The notes below the pieces were generated by a model. It was not told the DNA's origin and ran no database searches. It saw only the letters and a list, made by a program, of their open reading frames with translations. A stretch of 64,000 nucleotides of DNA from Blautia sp. (GTDB lineage Bacteria > Bacillota > Clostridia > Lachnospirales > Lachnospiraceae), in the NCBI GenBank assembly GCA_017459635.1, contig JAFUCO010000066.1, forward strand, positions 4,797 to 68,796, read 5' to 3'. This document shows positions 27,978 through 38,525 of the stretch, piece by piece. The stretch's first letter is position 1; each line of letters opens with the position of its first letter. The position numbers and the translations under genes were made by a program.

Positions 27978-30900
27978 ATGTACAGCAATGAAACTACTGT
28001 TAATGCACACAACAATGAGGAGGCGCGTATCCCTTTTGCCCATCTTCACACGCATACAGAATACAGTCTCCTTGACGGTTCCAATAAGATCAATGAATAT
28101 GTCGCCCGGGTCAAAGAACTGGGGATGAACAGCGCGGCTATCACTGACCATGGGGTCATGTATGGTGTTATTGATTTTTACAAGGCTGCGCGGGCTGAGG
28201 GTATAAATCCTGTCCTGGGATGCGAGGTTTATGTGGCCCCAGGTTCAAGGCTTGACCGGGAGAACAGCGCGGGCGATGACAGATATTATCATCTTGTCCT
28301 TCTTGCGGAGAACAACCAGGGCTACCAGAATCTGATGAAGATCGTTTCAGACGGTTTTGTTGAAGGGTTCTATTATAAACCCCGGGTGGATCTTTATATT
28401 CTGGAAAAATATCATGAAGGAATAATCGCCCTTTCGGCCTGCCTTGCAGGTGAAGTGGCCAGGAATCTGACCCGCGGGCTTTATGACAGGGCGAAGGAAG
28501 CAGCCCTCCGGTATCAGGACATTTTTGGCAAGGGCAATTTCTTTCTGGAAATGCAGGATCACGGCATTCCGGAGCAGCAGAATGTAAACCAGCAGCTTCT
28601 TCGCATGCATCAGGAAACCGGCATAGATCTCGTGGTGACAAACGATATTCACTACACTATGGCTGAGGATGCTGAGCCCCACGATGTGCTGCTCTGCCTT
28701 CAGACCGGTAAGAAGCTTGCCGACGAGGACCGCATGCGTTACGAGGGCGGCCAGTACTATGTCAAGTCCCCGGAAGAGATGGCGGCGCTTTTCCCCTATG
28801 CGCTTGAAGCGCTTGAGAACACTCAGAAGATCGCTGACCGCTGCCATGTGGAGATAGAGTTCGGCGTGACCAAGCTTCCAAAGTTTGATGTGCCTGAGGG
28901 CTATACCTCCTGGGAATACCTGAACAGGCTTTGCTATGATGGTCTCGCAGAGCGCTACGATCCAATTACAGACGAACTTAAGGAACGGCTTTCCTATGAG
29001 CTTGAGACCATCAAAAACATGGGCTTTGTCGATTACTTCCTGATAGTGTGGGATTATATTAAATACGCCCGGGATCATGACATCATGGTAGGCCCGGGGC
29101 GCGGCAGCGCGGCCGGAAGCCTTGTAGCCTATACTCTGGACATCACCCAGCTTGATCCCCTTAAATATGACCTGCTGTTCGAGCGGTTTCTCAACCCCGA
29201 ACGTGTATCCATGCCGGATATCGATGTTGACTTCTGCCCTGAAAGGAGGCAGGAGGTCATAGATTATGTGGTGCGTAAGTACGGTAAAGACCGTGTGGTC
29301 CAGATAGTCACCTTCGGAACCATGGCCGCAAGGGGTGTCATCCGTGATGTAGGGCGCGTGCTTGACATGCCTTACGCATCGGTGGACATAATTGCCAAAA
29401 TGGTGCCGCAGGAGCTTGATATAACGATCGAGAAAGCACTCCAGATGAACCCGGAGCTCAGAAAAGCCTACGAGGAGAAGGAAGATGTAAAGAGGCTGAT
29501 CGATCTTGCCAGACGCCTTGAAGGACTTCCCCGCCACAGTTCAATGCATGCCGCCGGTGTCGTGATAAGCCAGAAATCGACGGACGAATATGTGCCTCTC
29601 TCACGCGGGCAGGACGGTTCCATTACCACACAGTTCACAATGACTACGCTTGAAGAGCTGGGACTTCTTAAGATGGACTTCCTCGGGCTCCGGAACCTGA
29701 CGGTAATCCAGAATGCCGTGCGCCTTATTGAGCGGGATACCGGTGTCCATATTGATATGAAGAATATTGACTACGCTGACCAGAAGGTCCTGAGTTCACT
29801 GGGCACCGGCCGCACTGACGGTGTGTTCCAGCTTGAAAGCGCGGGCATGAAAGGTTTCATGAAGGAGCTTAAGCCTCAGAGCCTTGAGGATATGATCGCC
29901 GGGATATCTCTGTACCGTCCAGGTCCTATGGATTTTATCCCCCAGTATATACGTGGTAAAAACCGCCCTGATACGATACATTATGACTGTCCTGAGCTGG
30001 AACCCATACTCTCGGCAACCTACGGCTGCATTGTGTATCAGGAGCAGGTTATGCAGATAGTCCGTTCGCTTGCGGGTTATACCCTGGGGCGCAGTGACCT
30101 GGTCCGCCGTGCAATGTCGAAGAAAAAGGCTTCTGTCATGCAGAAGGAACGGCAAAACTTTGTATACGGAAATGAAGAAGAGGGTGTTCCGGGTTGCATA
30201 AGCAGGGGCATCTCCGAAAAAACGGCAAACAAGATCTTTGACGAAATGACGGATTTTGCCCGGTATGCTTTCAACAAGTCCCATGCGGCAGCATACGCCG
30301 TGGTTTCATACCAGACAGCTTATCTCAAGTATTATTATCCGGTAGAGTTTATGGCGGCGCTTCTGACTTCGGTTATCGATTCCAAGAATAAGGTTTCGGA
30401 ATATATCCAGGTCTGCCGCCAGATGAACATTAAGATACTGCCTCCTGATATAAATACAGGGATGTTTGGATTTTCGGTCGACCAGAATGCAATACGTTAC
30501 GGCCTTTCCGCCATCAAGAACGTGGGGCGGCCTTTTATCGAAAGCCTTACACGTGAGCGTGATGCCAACGGGCTGTACAAGACTCTGGAGGATTTCATAA
30601 GAAGAAATTCATCCCAGATGAACAAACGTATGATCGAAAACCTTATAAAAGCAGGCGCACTCGACAGTCTTCCCGGCAACCGCAGGCAAAAGCTGGCGAT
30701 CTATTCTAGGGTCATTGACCATGAATCCCAGTCCAGGAAAAATACTATGGACGGGCAGCTCAGCCTTTTTGATTTTGCCGTCGAAGAAGACAAAAAGAAT
30801 TTTGAGATCCGCCTGCCTGAGCTTCCGGAGTTTGACCCCGAGCTTCTGCTTTCATTCGAGAAAGAAGTTCTCGGTATCTATCTGAGCGGGCATCCTCTGG

Positions 30901-31496
30901 AAAAGGACCAGGCATTGATGGAAAAAATCATTACGGCTAAAACTATCGATTTCGAGCAGGATGAAGATACCGGCCTTCCGCATGTGCGTGACCAGCAGAC
31001 GGTTATAGTCGGGGGAATGATCACAGAGAAAACTGTTAAATATACAAAGAAGAATCAGGTTATGTGTTTCCTGACTCTGGAAGATCTGGTCGGTACGATG
31101 GAGATCGTATGTTTCCCCAATAAGTATGCCGAACTGCAGTCTTTCCTTACAGAAGACCAGCGGCTGTTCATTCAGGGCCGCGTGTCAGCCGAGGATGACA
31201 AGGCAAGCAAGCTTATTCTGGAGAGGATCCGTCTCTTTGAAAATGTTCCCTCGGATATGTGGATACAGTTCGCCGATAAGGCTGAGTATGTGAGCAAAGC
31301 GAAAGAGCTTGAAGCTGAACTTCAGAGTTCCCCGGGAAGCAGCACAGTTGCGATCTTCCTGCGGGATGTTCATGCTGTAAAGCGTCTTCCTATGCAGAAT
31401 AATGTAGATCCGAATGAAGAATTTGTTATCAGGATGAAAGAAAAGTATGGGGAAGAGAATATACGGCTGGTGCAGCGCGCGCTTAAGAGCTTATAA
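27978..31496 (+). CDS. dnaE: DNA polymerase III subunit alpha
   Basis: PHP HLHTHTEYSLLDG, GPGRGSAAGS, FERFLNPERVSMPDIDVDF, KMDFLGL, YAFNKSH. Confidence 0.98.
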   Translation: MYSNETTVNAHNNEEARIPFAHLHTHTEYSLLDGSNKINEYVARVKELGMNSAAITDHGVMYGVIDFYKAARAEGINPVLGCEVYVAPGSRLDRENSAGDDRYYHLVLLAENNQGYQNLMKIVSDGFVEGFYYKPRVDLYILEKYHEGIIALSACLAGEVARNLTRGLYDRAKEAALRYQDIFGKGNFFLEMQDHGIPEQQNVNQQLLRMHQETGIDLVVTNDIHYTMAEDAEPHDVLLCLQTGKKLADEDRMRYEGGQYYVKSPEEMAALFPYALEALENTQKIADRCHVEIEFGVTKLPKFDVPEGYTSWEYLNRLCYDGLAERYDPITDELKERLSYELETIKNMGFVDYFLIVWDYIKYARDHDIMVGPGRGSAAGSLVAYTLDITQLDPLKYDLLFERFLNPERVSMPDIDVDFCPERRQEVIDYVVRKYGKDRVVQIVTFGTMAARGVIRDVGRVLDMPYASVDIIAKMVPQELDITIEKALQMNPELRKAYEEKEDVKRLIDLARRLEGLPRHSSMHAAGVVISQKSTDEYVPLSRGQDGSITTQFTMTTLEELGLLKMDFLGLRNLTVIQNAVRLIERDTGVHIDMKNIDYADQKVLSSLGTGRTDGVFQLESAGMKGFMKELKPQSLEDMIAGISLYRPGPMDFIPQYIRGKNRPDTIHYDCPELEPILSATYGCIVYQEQVMQIVRSLAGYTLGRSDLVRRAMSKKKASVMQKERQNFVYGNEEEGVPGCISRGISEKTANKIFDEMTDFARYAFNKSHAAAYAVVSYQTAYLKYYYPVEFMAALLTSVIDSKNKVSEYIQVCRQMNIKILPPDINTGMFGFSVDQNAIRYGLSAIKNVGRPFIESLTRERDANGLYKTLEDFIRRNSSQMNKRMIENLIKAGALDSLPGNRRQKLAIYSRVIDHESQSRKNTMDGQLSLFDFAVEEDKKNFEIRLPELPEFDPELLLSFEKEVLGIYLSGHPLEKDQALMEKIITAKTIDFEQDEDTGLPHVRDQQTVIVGGMITEKTVKYTKKNQVMCFLTLEDLVGTMEIVCFPNKYAELQSFLTEDQRLFIQGRVSAEDDKASKLILERIRLFENVPSDMWIQFADKAEYVSKAKELEAELQSSPGSSTVAIFLRDVHAVKRLPMQNNVDPNEEFVIRMKEKYGEENIRLVQRALKSL

Positions 31497-31498
31497 TT

Positions 31499-31849
31499 TC
31501 AGATGCATGCACGGGCAGCACGCAAGATTTGTGCATTATATGTGCCGGGAGGCCATTGAAACTTTATCTTAAGGTTATAATTTATGACAAAAAAATGGAA
31601 GACCTCCTGGTCCTCGTAAACCAGGAGGTCTTCCATTGGCACCCGCAGGAGCCTTGAGAGCGCCAGCAGGTTGTCCACCGTGGGCAGACACTCGCCGTGC
31701 TGCCACTTATAGATTGCCTGTGGGTATTCAAACCCGAAATAGGCCTGAAGATCCTTTACCGTGAACCCGGCTTCACGGCGGCACCGCTCTATGCGGCGTC
31801 CGGTTCCCACAAGGTCGATAACCGGGAAAGCCATCGCTGTTCCTGTCAT
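31499..31849 (-). CDS. XRE-family helix-turn-helix transcriptional regulator
   Basis: TVKDLQAYFGFEYPQAIYKWQHGECLPTVDNL HTH_3-like motif. Confidence 0.85.
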   Translation of the reverse strand: MTGTAMAFPVIDLVGTGRRIERCRREAGFTVKDLQAYFGFEYPQAIYKWQHGECLPTVDNLLALSRLLRVPMEDLLVYEDQEVFHFFVINYNLKIKFQWPPGTYNAQILRAARACI

Positions 31850-32051
31850 TTACATCCTTCCCTTCAAGCAATTGAATCAAACACTCTCCTGATACCTTCA
31901 AAAAATGTGTTTGCCGTTTACCATCCGGCAAAATATGCTGTTGTCTGTAAGGATGAATTTAAGCGGTGAAAACATGTCTATTATATTTCCTTGTAAATTA
32001 CCCGTCAACCCTCTTTTGTGTTTTTTTTGTGAACAAACGTTACTGGCCCAC

Positions 32052-32123
32052 ATAAGACAGAGAACCGTCCCCTGTCTTACTTTTTACAGCCCCTCATTCA
32101 GCATCTCGCCCTTACGGGCTCCA
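32052..32123. repeat. Family A single unit followed by partial family B repeat
   Basis: ataagacagagaaccgtcccctgtctta then ccctcattcagcatctcgcccttacgggctcca. Confidence 0.75.
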
Positions 32124-32136
32124 TAATGTCATGTTG

Positions 32137-32166
32137 TTGACATAACATGTATATCAATGCTACAAT
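32137..32166 (+). promoter_or_regulatory. Sigma-A promoter of the amino-acid ABC operon
   Basis: TTGACA-N18-TACAAT with extended TG. Confidence 0.6.
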
Positions 32167-32342
32167 GCCAGATAACAAGGGGCAACTGACAGCAACTGCT
32201 ATTTATAATATCAACAGCTTAAGTTGAATGACCTTGCTCACCCTGCGCAGGCCTGAGCCTGCCGCAAGCGTGTTCATAGGTGCGCCTGACGTGCACCTCA
32301 AAAGCTTCATTGACATGCTGGAATTTTGAAAGGGTAATGCTT

Positions 32343-33134
32343 ATGAAAATTAAAACATTGACATTTCTTGCTGTTGCTGCAGCAGCTGCGGCTGCGCTTT
32401 CCACCAGTGCATTTGCAGAGGATCAGCTTGACAAGATCAAAGAAGAAGGAAAAATCGTTTTTGCAATGGAGGGCACCTGGGCTCCCTGGACATATCATGA
32501 TGAGGATGGAAATCTTACGGGATATGATACAGAAGTGGGACGGCTTATCGCAGAAAAACTCGGTGTGGAAGCGGAATTTATCGAAGGGGAGTGGGACGGT
32601 CTTTTTGCCGGCCTTGACAGCAAACGCTACGATGCCGTTATTAATGGTGTTGAAGTGACTGAAGAAAGGGCGGAAAAATACGATTTCTCGGAACCCTATG
32701 CGTTTATCCGCACAGCCCTCGTAGTACGTGATGATTATGATGAAATCGCTTCTTTTGAGGATCTTGAAGGAAAAACAACCGCCAACAGCTTTAACAGTAC
32801 CTACATGCTGCTGGCCGAGAGCTATGGCGCTGAAGTCAAAAATGTGGATTCACTGAGTGAGACCATCGATATGCTCGCAAGCGGCCGTGTCGACGCGACA
32901 CTCAATGCGGAAGTTTCTATCTATGATTACCTGCAGGAACGTCCGGATGCCCCGATAAAAATCGTAGCCCTTACTGATGACGCCTCCGAGGTTTCCATTC
33001 CTCTCCGTAAAGGCGAAGAGTCCGAATCCCTCAGAGAAGCTATCGACAATGCAATCACCGAGCTTCGGGAAGAAGGCGAGCTATCCAGGCTTTCAGAACA
33101 GTTTTTCGGCAGTGATATTTCAGGCGCGGAGTAA
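32343..33134 (+). CDS. Polar amino acid (cystine-like) ABC transporter substrate-binding protein
   Basis: Signal peptide; EGTWAPW, GYDTEV, ERAEKYDFSEPY. Confidence 0.9.
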   Translation: MKIKTLTFLAVAAAAAAALSTSAFAEDQLDKIKEEGKIVFAMEGTWAPWTYHDEDGNLTGYDTEVGRLIAEKLGVEAEFIEGEWDGLFAGLDSKRYDAVINGVEVTEERAEKYDFSEPYAFIRTALVVRDDYDEIASFEDLEGKTTANSFNSTYMLLAESYGAEVKNVDSLSETIDMLASGRVDATLNAEVSIYDYLQERPDAPIKIVALTDDASEVSIPLRKGEESESLREAIDNAITELREEGELSRLSEQFFGSDISGAE

Positions 33135-33832
33135 TGACAGAAAGAGTTGCACAGATACTGATATCATCTTTTACAAAGATACTGATCCCCGGCATAAAGG
33201 TTACAATACCGCTTACGATCCTTTCGTTTGCGCTCAGCCTTGTCCTGGCGCTTTTTCTGGCGCTTTTTCAGACTGCCAATGTGCCGGTGCTTAAGCAGAT
33301 CTCGCAGATCTACGTGTGGATATTCAGGGGAACTCCCCTCCTTGTACAGCTGTTCATCATTTTTTTCGGCCTGCCGTCCCTCGGGATAATGCTGGATGCG
33401 TTTCCCTCGGCGGTCATAGCATTCGGGATGAATCTGGCAGCTTACAATGCAGAAGTGATCAGGGCATCAATACTAGCCGTTCCCCGCGGACAGACGGAGG
33501 CAGCCCTGCTTATCGGGCTTTCCTACCCCCAGCTTATGGCAAGGGTAGTAATACCACAGGCTTTCCCGATTGCTTTTCCATCTTTATTCAACAACCTGAT
33601 ATCGCTTGTGAAGGATACGTCGCTGGCCTCAAGCATCACTGTGGTGGAGCTTTTCACCACAGCCCAGCAGATCGCGGCAAGGACTTATGAACCCTTTGCG
33701 CTGTACTGTGAGGCCGCGGTAATCTATCTGATATTCTGCACAGCGCTCACCTGGATACAGGGGGCTGTGGAAAAGCGGCTCGTATTTGAGCACAAGGAGA
33801 CCAGCGGGAGCAGGCGCGCTATAGTTGGATAG
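33134..33832 (+). CDS. Amino acid ABC transporter permease
   Basis: FRGTPLLVQL, GQTEAA, LVKDTSL. Confidence 0.93.
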   Translation: MTERVAQILISSFTKILIPGIKVTIPLTILSFALSLVLALFLALFQTANVPVLKQISQIYVWIFRGTPLLVQLFIIFFGLPSLGIMLDAFPSAVIAFGMNLAAYNAEVIRASILAVPRGQTEAALLIGLSYPQLMARVVIPQAFPIAFPSLFNNLISLVKDTSLASSITVVELFTTAQQIAARTYEPFALYCEAAVIYLIFCTALTWIQGAVEKRLVFEHKETSGSRRAIVG

Positions 33833-33869
33833 AGGCGCGGTAAAAAAAGTAAGATAGGGGACGGTACAG

Positions 33870-34613
33870 ATGCTTCAGGTAAAAAACCTTTACAAATCTT
33901 TTGATGACCTGCGCGTTCTTAACGGGGTTGAGTTTAAGGTTGAAAAAGGTGAAGTGGTCGCGGTTCTCGGGCCGAGCGGTTCGGGAAAGACTACTCTTCT
34001 CAGGTGCATCAGCTTTCTGGAGAAGGCTGACCGCGGCGATATGATTTTTGATGAATTCAGTTACGACATGACAAAGGTAACCTCACGTCAGATCCGCGAT
34101 ATGCGTCTGCAGATGGGTTTTGTTTTTCAGAGCTTTAATCTGTTCCGCAACATGCCGGCGTGGAAAAATGTGACGGAGGGCCTTGTGACGGCAAGGCATA
34201 TGCCTAAAGATGAGGCAAGAGATATTGCCATGGAGATGCTGCGCAAAGTAGGCATGGAGGATCGGGCGGAATACTTCCCGGATCAGCTTTCTGGCGGACA
34301 GCAGCAGAGAGTCGCTATCGCACGGGCCATTGCGGCCAATCCGCGTGTGATCATGTTTGATGAGCCTACTTCTGCACTCGACCCGGAGCTTACCGGCGAA
34401 GTGCTTGACGTCATGAAAAAGCTTGCCGATGAAGGCACCACGATGGTGGTCGTAACCCATGAAATGGGTTTCGCCAGGGAGGCAGCAAACCGAATAGTTT
34501 TCATGGAAGGCGGCGTGGTGGTCGAAGAAGGCAAAGCATCGGAATTCTTTAATAATCCAAAAGAAGAAAGAACCCGGCAGTTTCTGCGCCGTATTCTCGG
34601 AGGAGGCGCCTAA
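33870..34613 (+). CDS. Amino acid ABC transporter ATP-binding protein
   Basis: [27 protein letters not shown]. Confidence 0.95.
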   Translation: MLQVKNLYKSFDDLRVLNGVEFKVEKGEVVAVLGPSGSGKTTLLRCISFLEKADRGDMIFDEFSYDMTKVTSRQIRDMRLQMGFVFQSFNLFRNMPAWKNVTEGLVTARHMPKDEARDIAMEMLRKVGMEDRAEYFPDQLSGGQQQRVAIARAIAANPRVIMFDEPTSALDPELTGEVLDVMKKLADEGTTMVVVTHEMGFAREAANRIVFMEGGVVVEEGKASEFFNNPKEERTRQFLRRILGGGA

Positions 34614-34666
34614 GCCTCCTCTTTACTGACGAATGATAAATATCCGGCACGAAAGGAGGCGGTTAT

Positions 34667-36268
34667 GTGGGCATATATGTCAATCCCGGCAATGCAGCTT
34701 TTGCAGAGATTAATGATTCCGATTATGTGGATAAAACCCTTCTTATCGACCTGATCAATCAGACTATCGGAAAGAAAAACAAACTGACTTGTGTCAGCAG
34801 ACCGCGCCGCTTTGGGAAATCATATGCAGCCAAAATGCTTTCAGCATACTATTCCTGCGAATGTGATTCACACGGGCTGTTTGATGATAAAAAAATTGCC
34901 GGTTCTAATGAGTATGAAAAATACTTAAACAAGTACAATGTTATCTGGCTGGATATTACAGGATTTACTTCTGAAGTTAAAGATTCGTCTATTTCCTTCA
35001 GGAAAATTCCAGAAATGATAAAACGGGCGCTGTGGAAGGATTTATGCGAAAGTGGTTTCACTCCGGAAGAAGGGGACTCTCTGAATGAATTTCTTCTTCG
35101 TTGTGTTGACAGAGATGGAGGCAAGCCATTCATCTTCATAATTGATGAATGGGATGCGGTAATTCGGGAAGCTAAGGATGATCCGGCCGCGCAGGAAGCA
35201 TATTTAAACCTGTTAAGAGGATGGTTTAAAAACAACAATTTTACGCCAAAGGCTGTTGCTGCTGCCTATATGACAGGGATCCTCCCCATTAAGAAAGACG
35301 GAAGCCAGTCTGCCATTTCCGATTTTAAGGAATTCTCTGTGGTAAAGCCAAGAAAATACGGAGAGTTCGTCGGATTTACAGAGAGTGAGGTTAAGCAGCT
35401 GTGCGCCAGGCATAATGTTGATTTCGAAACCATGAAGCTGTGGTACGATGGTTACTCTTTCCAGGATGTTGGATCTGTTTACAATCCCAATTCTGTGATG
35501 GAAGCTATTGAAAACAATGAATTTGACTCCTATTGGAGGGAAAGCTCGGCTGCGAAGGAACTGCTGGATTATATCAGCAAAGATTATAATGGCCTGACTA
35601 AGACTATCGCAGAATTGATAGGCGGTGTTGAAGTAAAAGTCAACACAAAAGGATTTGCAAATGACCTTACCACCTTTCACGGAAAAGATGATGTTCTGAC
35701 ATTGATGATCCATCTCGGATATCTGGCATATGATTCTGACCACAACACCGTACGCATACCGAACGAAGAGATCCGTCTGGAATTTCAGCAGTCTATTCAT
35801 GAGGTAAGGCATGATGCCACCATAAAGCGGCTTCAAGAGAGCGAACAACTGTTTGCGGATACGATACAGATGAATGAAGAAGCTGTCGCAGCTCAGATAG
35901 AGAAGGTACATGCCGAAGAAACCGCGGCAATCCATTATAATAGAGAAGACAGCCTGAGAAGCGTTATCAAGCTTGCTTATTATTCATACAGAGACCATTA
36001 TGTTCAATTTGAGGAACTCCCCGCCGGTGAGGGCTTTGCAGATGTTGTATATCTTCCCAAAGCCGACTCTGAATGGCCGGTTCTGGTAATTGAACTGAAG
36101 TGGAACAAAAAAGCGGAAAGTGCGATCGACCAGATTTTGAACAGGAAATATCCTTCTGCCATAAAGGATTTCGGACGGCCAATCTTACTTGTGGGAATAA
36201 CGTATGATAAGGATCTAAAGGCAGAGCATAAAAAGCATTCTTGCAAAATAATCGAATATACAGAGTAA
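34667..36268 (+). CDS. AAA-ATPase-like protein with PD-(D/E)XK nuclease domain (second PF09820-type gene)
   Basis: YVDKT, SRPRRFGKS, IIDEWD, TGILPIKK, WYDGY, GFADVV..IELK; GTG start after aggagg. Confidence 0.9.
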   Translation: MGIYVNPGNAAFAEINDSDYVDKTLLIDLINQTIGKKNKLTCVSRPRRFGKSYAAKMLSAYYSCECDSHGLFDDKKIAGSNEYEKYLNKYNVIWLDITGFTSEVKDSSISFRKIPEMIKRALWKDLCESGFTPEEGDSLNEFLLRCVDRDGGKPFIFIIDEWDAVIREAKDDPAAQEAYLNLLRGWFKNNNFTPKAVAAAYMTGILPIKKDGSQSAISDFKEFSVVKPRKYGEFVGFTESEVKQLCARHNVDFETMKLWYDGYSFQDVGSVYNPNSVMEAIENNEFDSYWRESSAAKELLDYISKDYNGLTKTIAELIGGVEVKVNTKGFANDLTTFHGKDDVLTLMIHLGYLAYDSDHNTVRIPNEEIRLEFQQSIHEVRHDATIKRLQESEQLFADTIQMNEEAVAAQIEKVHAEETAAIHYNREDSLRSVIKLAYYSYRDHYVQFEELPAGEGFADVVYLPKADSEWPVLVIELKWNKKAESAIDQILNRKYPSAIKDFGRPILLVGITYDKDLKAEHKKHSCKIIEYTE

Positions 36269-36270
36269 GG

Positions 36271-36361
36271 AGGAGATGGTTCTCTGTCTTATTTTTTCTG
36301 TTTGCAGCTCAGAAGCTGCAATAAAGAGAAAAATAAGACAGAGAACCGTCCCCTGTCTTAT
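36271..36361. repeat. REP-like palindrome, family A
   Basis: ggagatggttctctgtcttatttt...aaaataagacagagaaccgtcccctgtc. Confidence 0.8.
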
Positions 36362-36512
36362 ATTATACTCTTCTCCAAACATCAGTAGTCCCGCAACCGT
36401 AGGATGAAGTTTGCCGTCAACATCTGATATAAATGCAGCGCCAATTCTTTCAAGATACGAAATATCATCAGGTTTATGCCATACATGATCAGGATTTACT
36501 GTAATATGGCGA
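36362..36512 (-). pseudogene. Fragment of an AlbA_2/Schlafen-type DNA-binding regulator gene
   Basis: Frame reads RHITVNPDHVWHKPDDISYLERIGAAFISDVDGKLHPTVAGLLMFGEEYNI; HPTxAGLLMFG is recalled as typical of that family; no in-frame start; runs into the REP. Confidence 0.6.
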
Positions 36513-36588
36513 CTCCGTCGATCTCATATGTGTCAACATTTCCTCCGTTTTTATACTCTTACGACCGCGTTTCTGTTCATCCGGTTTG

Positions 36589-37476
36589 TCAGCATACTGG
36601 AGGCAGCTCATTTTCTTCCTCAGCTGCTGGCTGCGGTGTTTCTGGCGGCAGTTGATTTTCATTTTCTCCGGAGTCCGTGTTCGTGCTCATCATTGCGCGG
36701 TCTCTTATGCTCTTGCGGGGGGCTTGCGCTGCAGCCTTTTTCTGCTGAGCCTGTCTTACGGTATTTACTGCATAAACCCGCTCGGGATCCATCTGGTGAA
36801 GCTTTCTCATCCGGTTTGCTCCGAGGAACATAAATACAAGAACGAGTATCGTGTACAGGAGTGACCCGAGGAAAAGGGCATGCTTAAAGAACATCAGCAG
36901 TACATAAGCGATTTCGGCTGCGATGAGGATAATCACTGCAGTCATGGTTATTCCGGCTTTATCCACGCGGTTTGACAGGCGCAGGCAGATGAGCCCTATA
37001 ATTAACCTGATAACGACCATGACTATGCAGGCTATGCCCAGGATGCGGAAGTCATTAACAGTGATCCCTAGAGCATTCATATCCTTCTTGAGAGCCGCAA
37101 CATCGATCTCCTGCGTTCCCTCAGCTGTATTTGCGGCATCTCCGGCTGTTGGGGTTTCTCCGTCTGTAGATGTTTCTTCATTGGCAGCTGCTTTCTCTGA
37201 GTCCGTATCTTCTGCGGCTGTTTTTTCTTTTGATGTATCTGTGGCTTCTACAGCAGCATCTGTGTTTTCTTTAGCAGCAGTTGATTCCACCTGATCCTGC
37301 TTTCCTGCATTTTCTTTGTCATATTCCTCTACCATGCTGACTATTCCGAACCACCTAAAACCGTCCATCAGCGTGGATGAGGCCGCATTTACCATAAGGA
37401 CAATGCTGGCGATGACCAGGAACATCCTGGCATTCATTGCATATTTAATCTCTTTCATTTTATCCTGTTGTTCCAT
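36589..37476 (-). CDS. Hypothetical membrane protein
   Basis: About four hydrophobic segments, an A/E/T-rich loop, RBS aggag. Confidence 0.75.
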   Translation of the reverse strand: MEQQDKMKEIKYAMNARMFLVIASIVLMVNAASSTLMDGFRWFGIVSMVEEYDKENAGKQDQVESTAAKENTDAAVEATDTSKEKTAAEDTDSEKAAANEETSTDGETPTAGDAANTAEGTQEIDVAALKKDMNALGITVNDFRILGIACIVMVVIRLIIGLICLRLSNRVDKAGITMTAVIILIAAEIAYVLLMFFKHALFLGSLLYTILVLVFMFLGANRMRKLHQMDPERVYAVNTVRQAQQKKAAAQAPRKSIRDRAMMSTNTDSGENENQLPPETPQPAAEEENELPPVC

Positions 37477-37658
37477 AATCGACTCCTGTTATTGCTGTAT
37501 TAGTACAACTCGGAGGGACGTGTACCTCTCCTCCATAAATAGGAAAACAGCAGAATTTCCCAAGTGGATTCTCCCAGCGAAGGGAAGCTCCGGATGACGC
37601 CTTGGCAGCACATGGGGATAGCCGGTAAAACCAGCTCATTCTGCCCATCGTTTCCTTT

Positions 37659-38525
37659 TTATTTCATATTCAGTGTCGTGATGCAGTCGTACCGGACGGT
37701 TTTTCCGCTGATCAAATAATCCGGCTTCACTCCGGCAAGATAAGGCCCTTTAATCGGCCTTTTTATTATTATCCTCCTTGGGGATGCCTTCATTGCGGCT
37801 GATAAAAGTCCGGTTTCGTCTGTGCAGGGCTTTTCCAGTTTTTGCAGCAGCTGCGCCTTTTTCTTTACCAGGCTGCTCTTCTGCCTTTCGGGAAACATCG
37901 GGTCAAGAAGAATGATATCCGGCCTGAAGGGCAGATTCGGAAGCAGTTCACGGCTGTCACCTTTAAGGAGCTTCATCCTGGCAATAATTTCTGCCAGGGC
38001 TGGTACTTCCGCTGCCCTTTTCATGGCATCATTCAGCAGTTCCGCGATGACCGAGTCGAATTCACACATCCATACATTCCAGCCTGCAGCGGCCAGGAGA
38101 AACGAGTCTTCTCCAAGACCCGCCGTCGCATCTACGGCATTTTTACCTGCTTCAGGATCTTTTATCCTGGCAGCACGCACCAGAAGCTCTCTTGAAAGGC
38201 TGTCGGGCCTTATTCTTTTCTGCATTCTGGTAAAGTCTCCCCGGATGGACAGGCCTCCGCTTACAAGAGTCAATCCTTCAGGCTCCATCACAAGGTGCGG
38301 CTCTTCCGATTCCTCCACAGATCGAAGATTTCCGGTACCCTCCACGGACCGAATATCTCCGGTACTCTCCACGGACAGAGAATCTTCGGTATTTTTCACC
38401 TGCCGAGAATCAACCGGCATCTTGACGGGCATCGTATCACTGATAAACGGTTCAATCATTTCATCCCTCGGCACATGCTCCGTCTCCTTCAGATCATCGG
38501 GCATCTCACATAAATTCCCTGTCAC
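37659..38525 (-). CDS. rsmJ: 16S rRNA m2G1516 methyltransferase RsmJ-like, with repetitive N-terminal extension
   Basis: DATAGLGEDSF, LDPMFP, IIKRP, VRYD motifs. Confidence 0.8.
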   Translation of the reverse strand: MTGNLCEMPDDLKETEHVPRDEMIEPFISDTMPVKMPVDSRQVKNTEDSLSVESTGDIRSVEGTGNLRSVEESEEPHLVMEPEGLTLVSGGLSIRGDFTRMQKRIRPDSLSRELLVRAARIKDPEAGKNAVDATAGLGEDSFLLAAAGWNVWMCEFDSVIAELLNDAMKRAAEVPALAEIIARMKLLKGDSRELLPNLPFRPDIILLDPMFPERQKSSLVKKKAQLLQKLEKPCTDETGLLSAAMKASPRRIIIKRPIKGPYLAGVKPDYLISGKTVRYDCITTLNMK

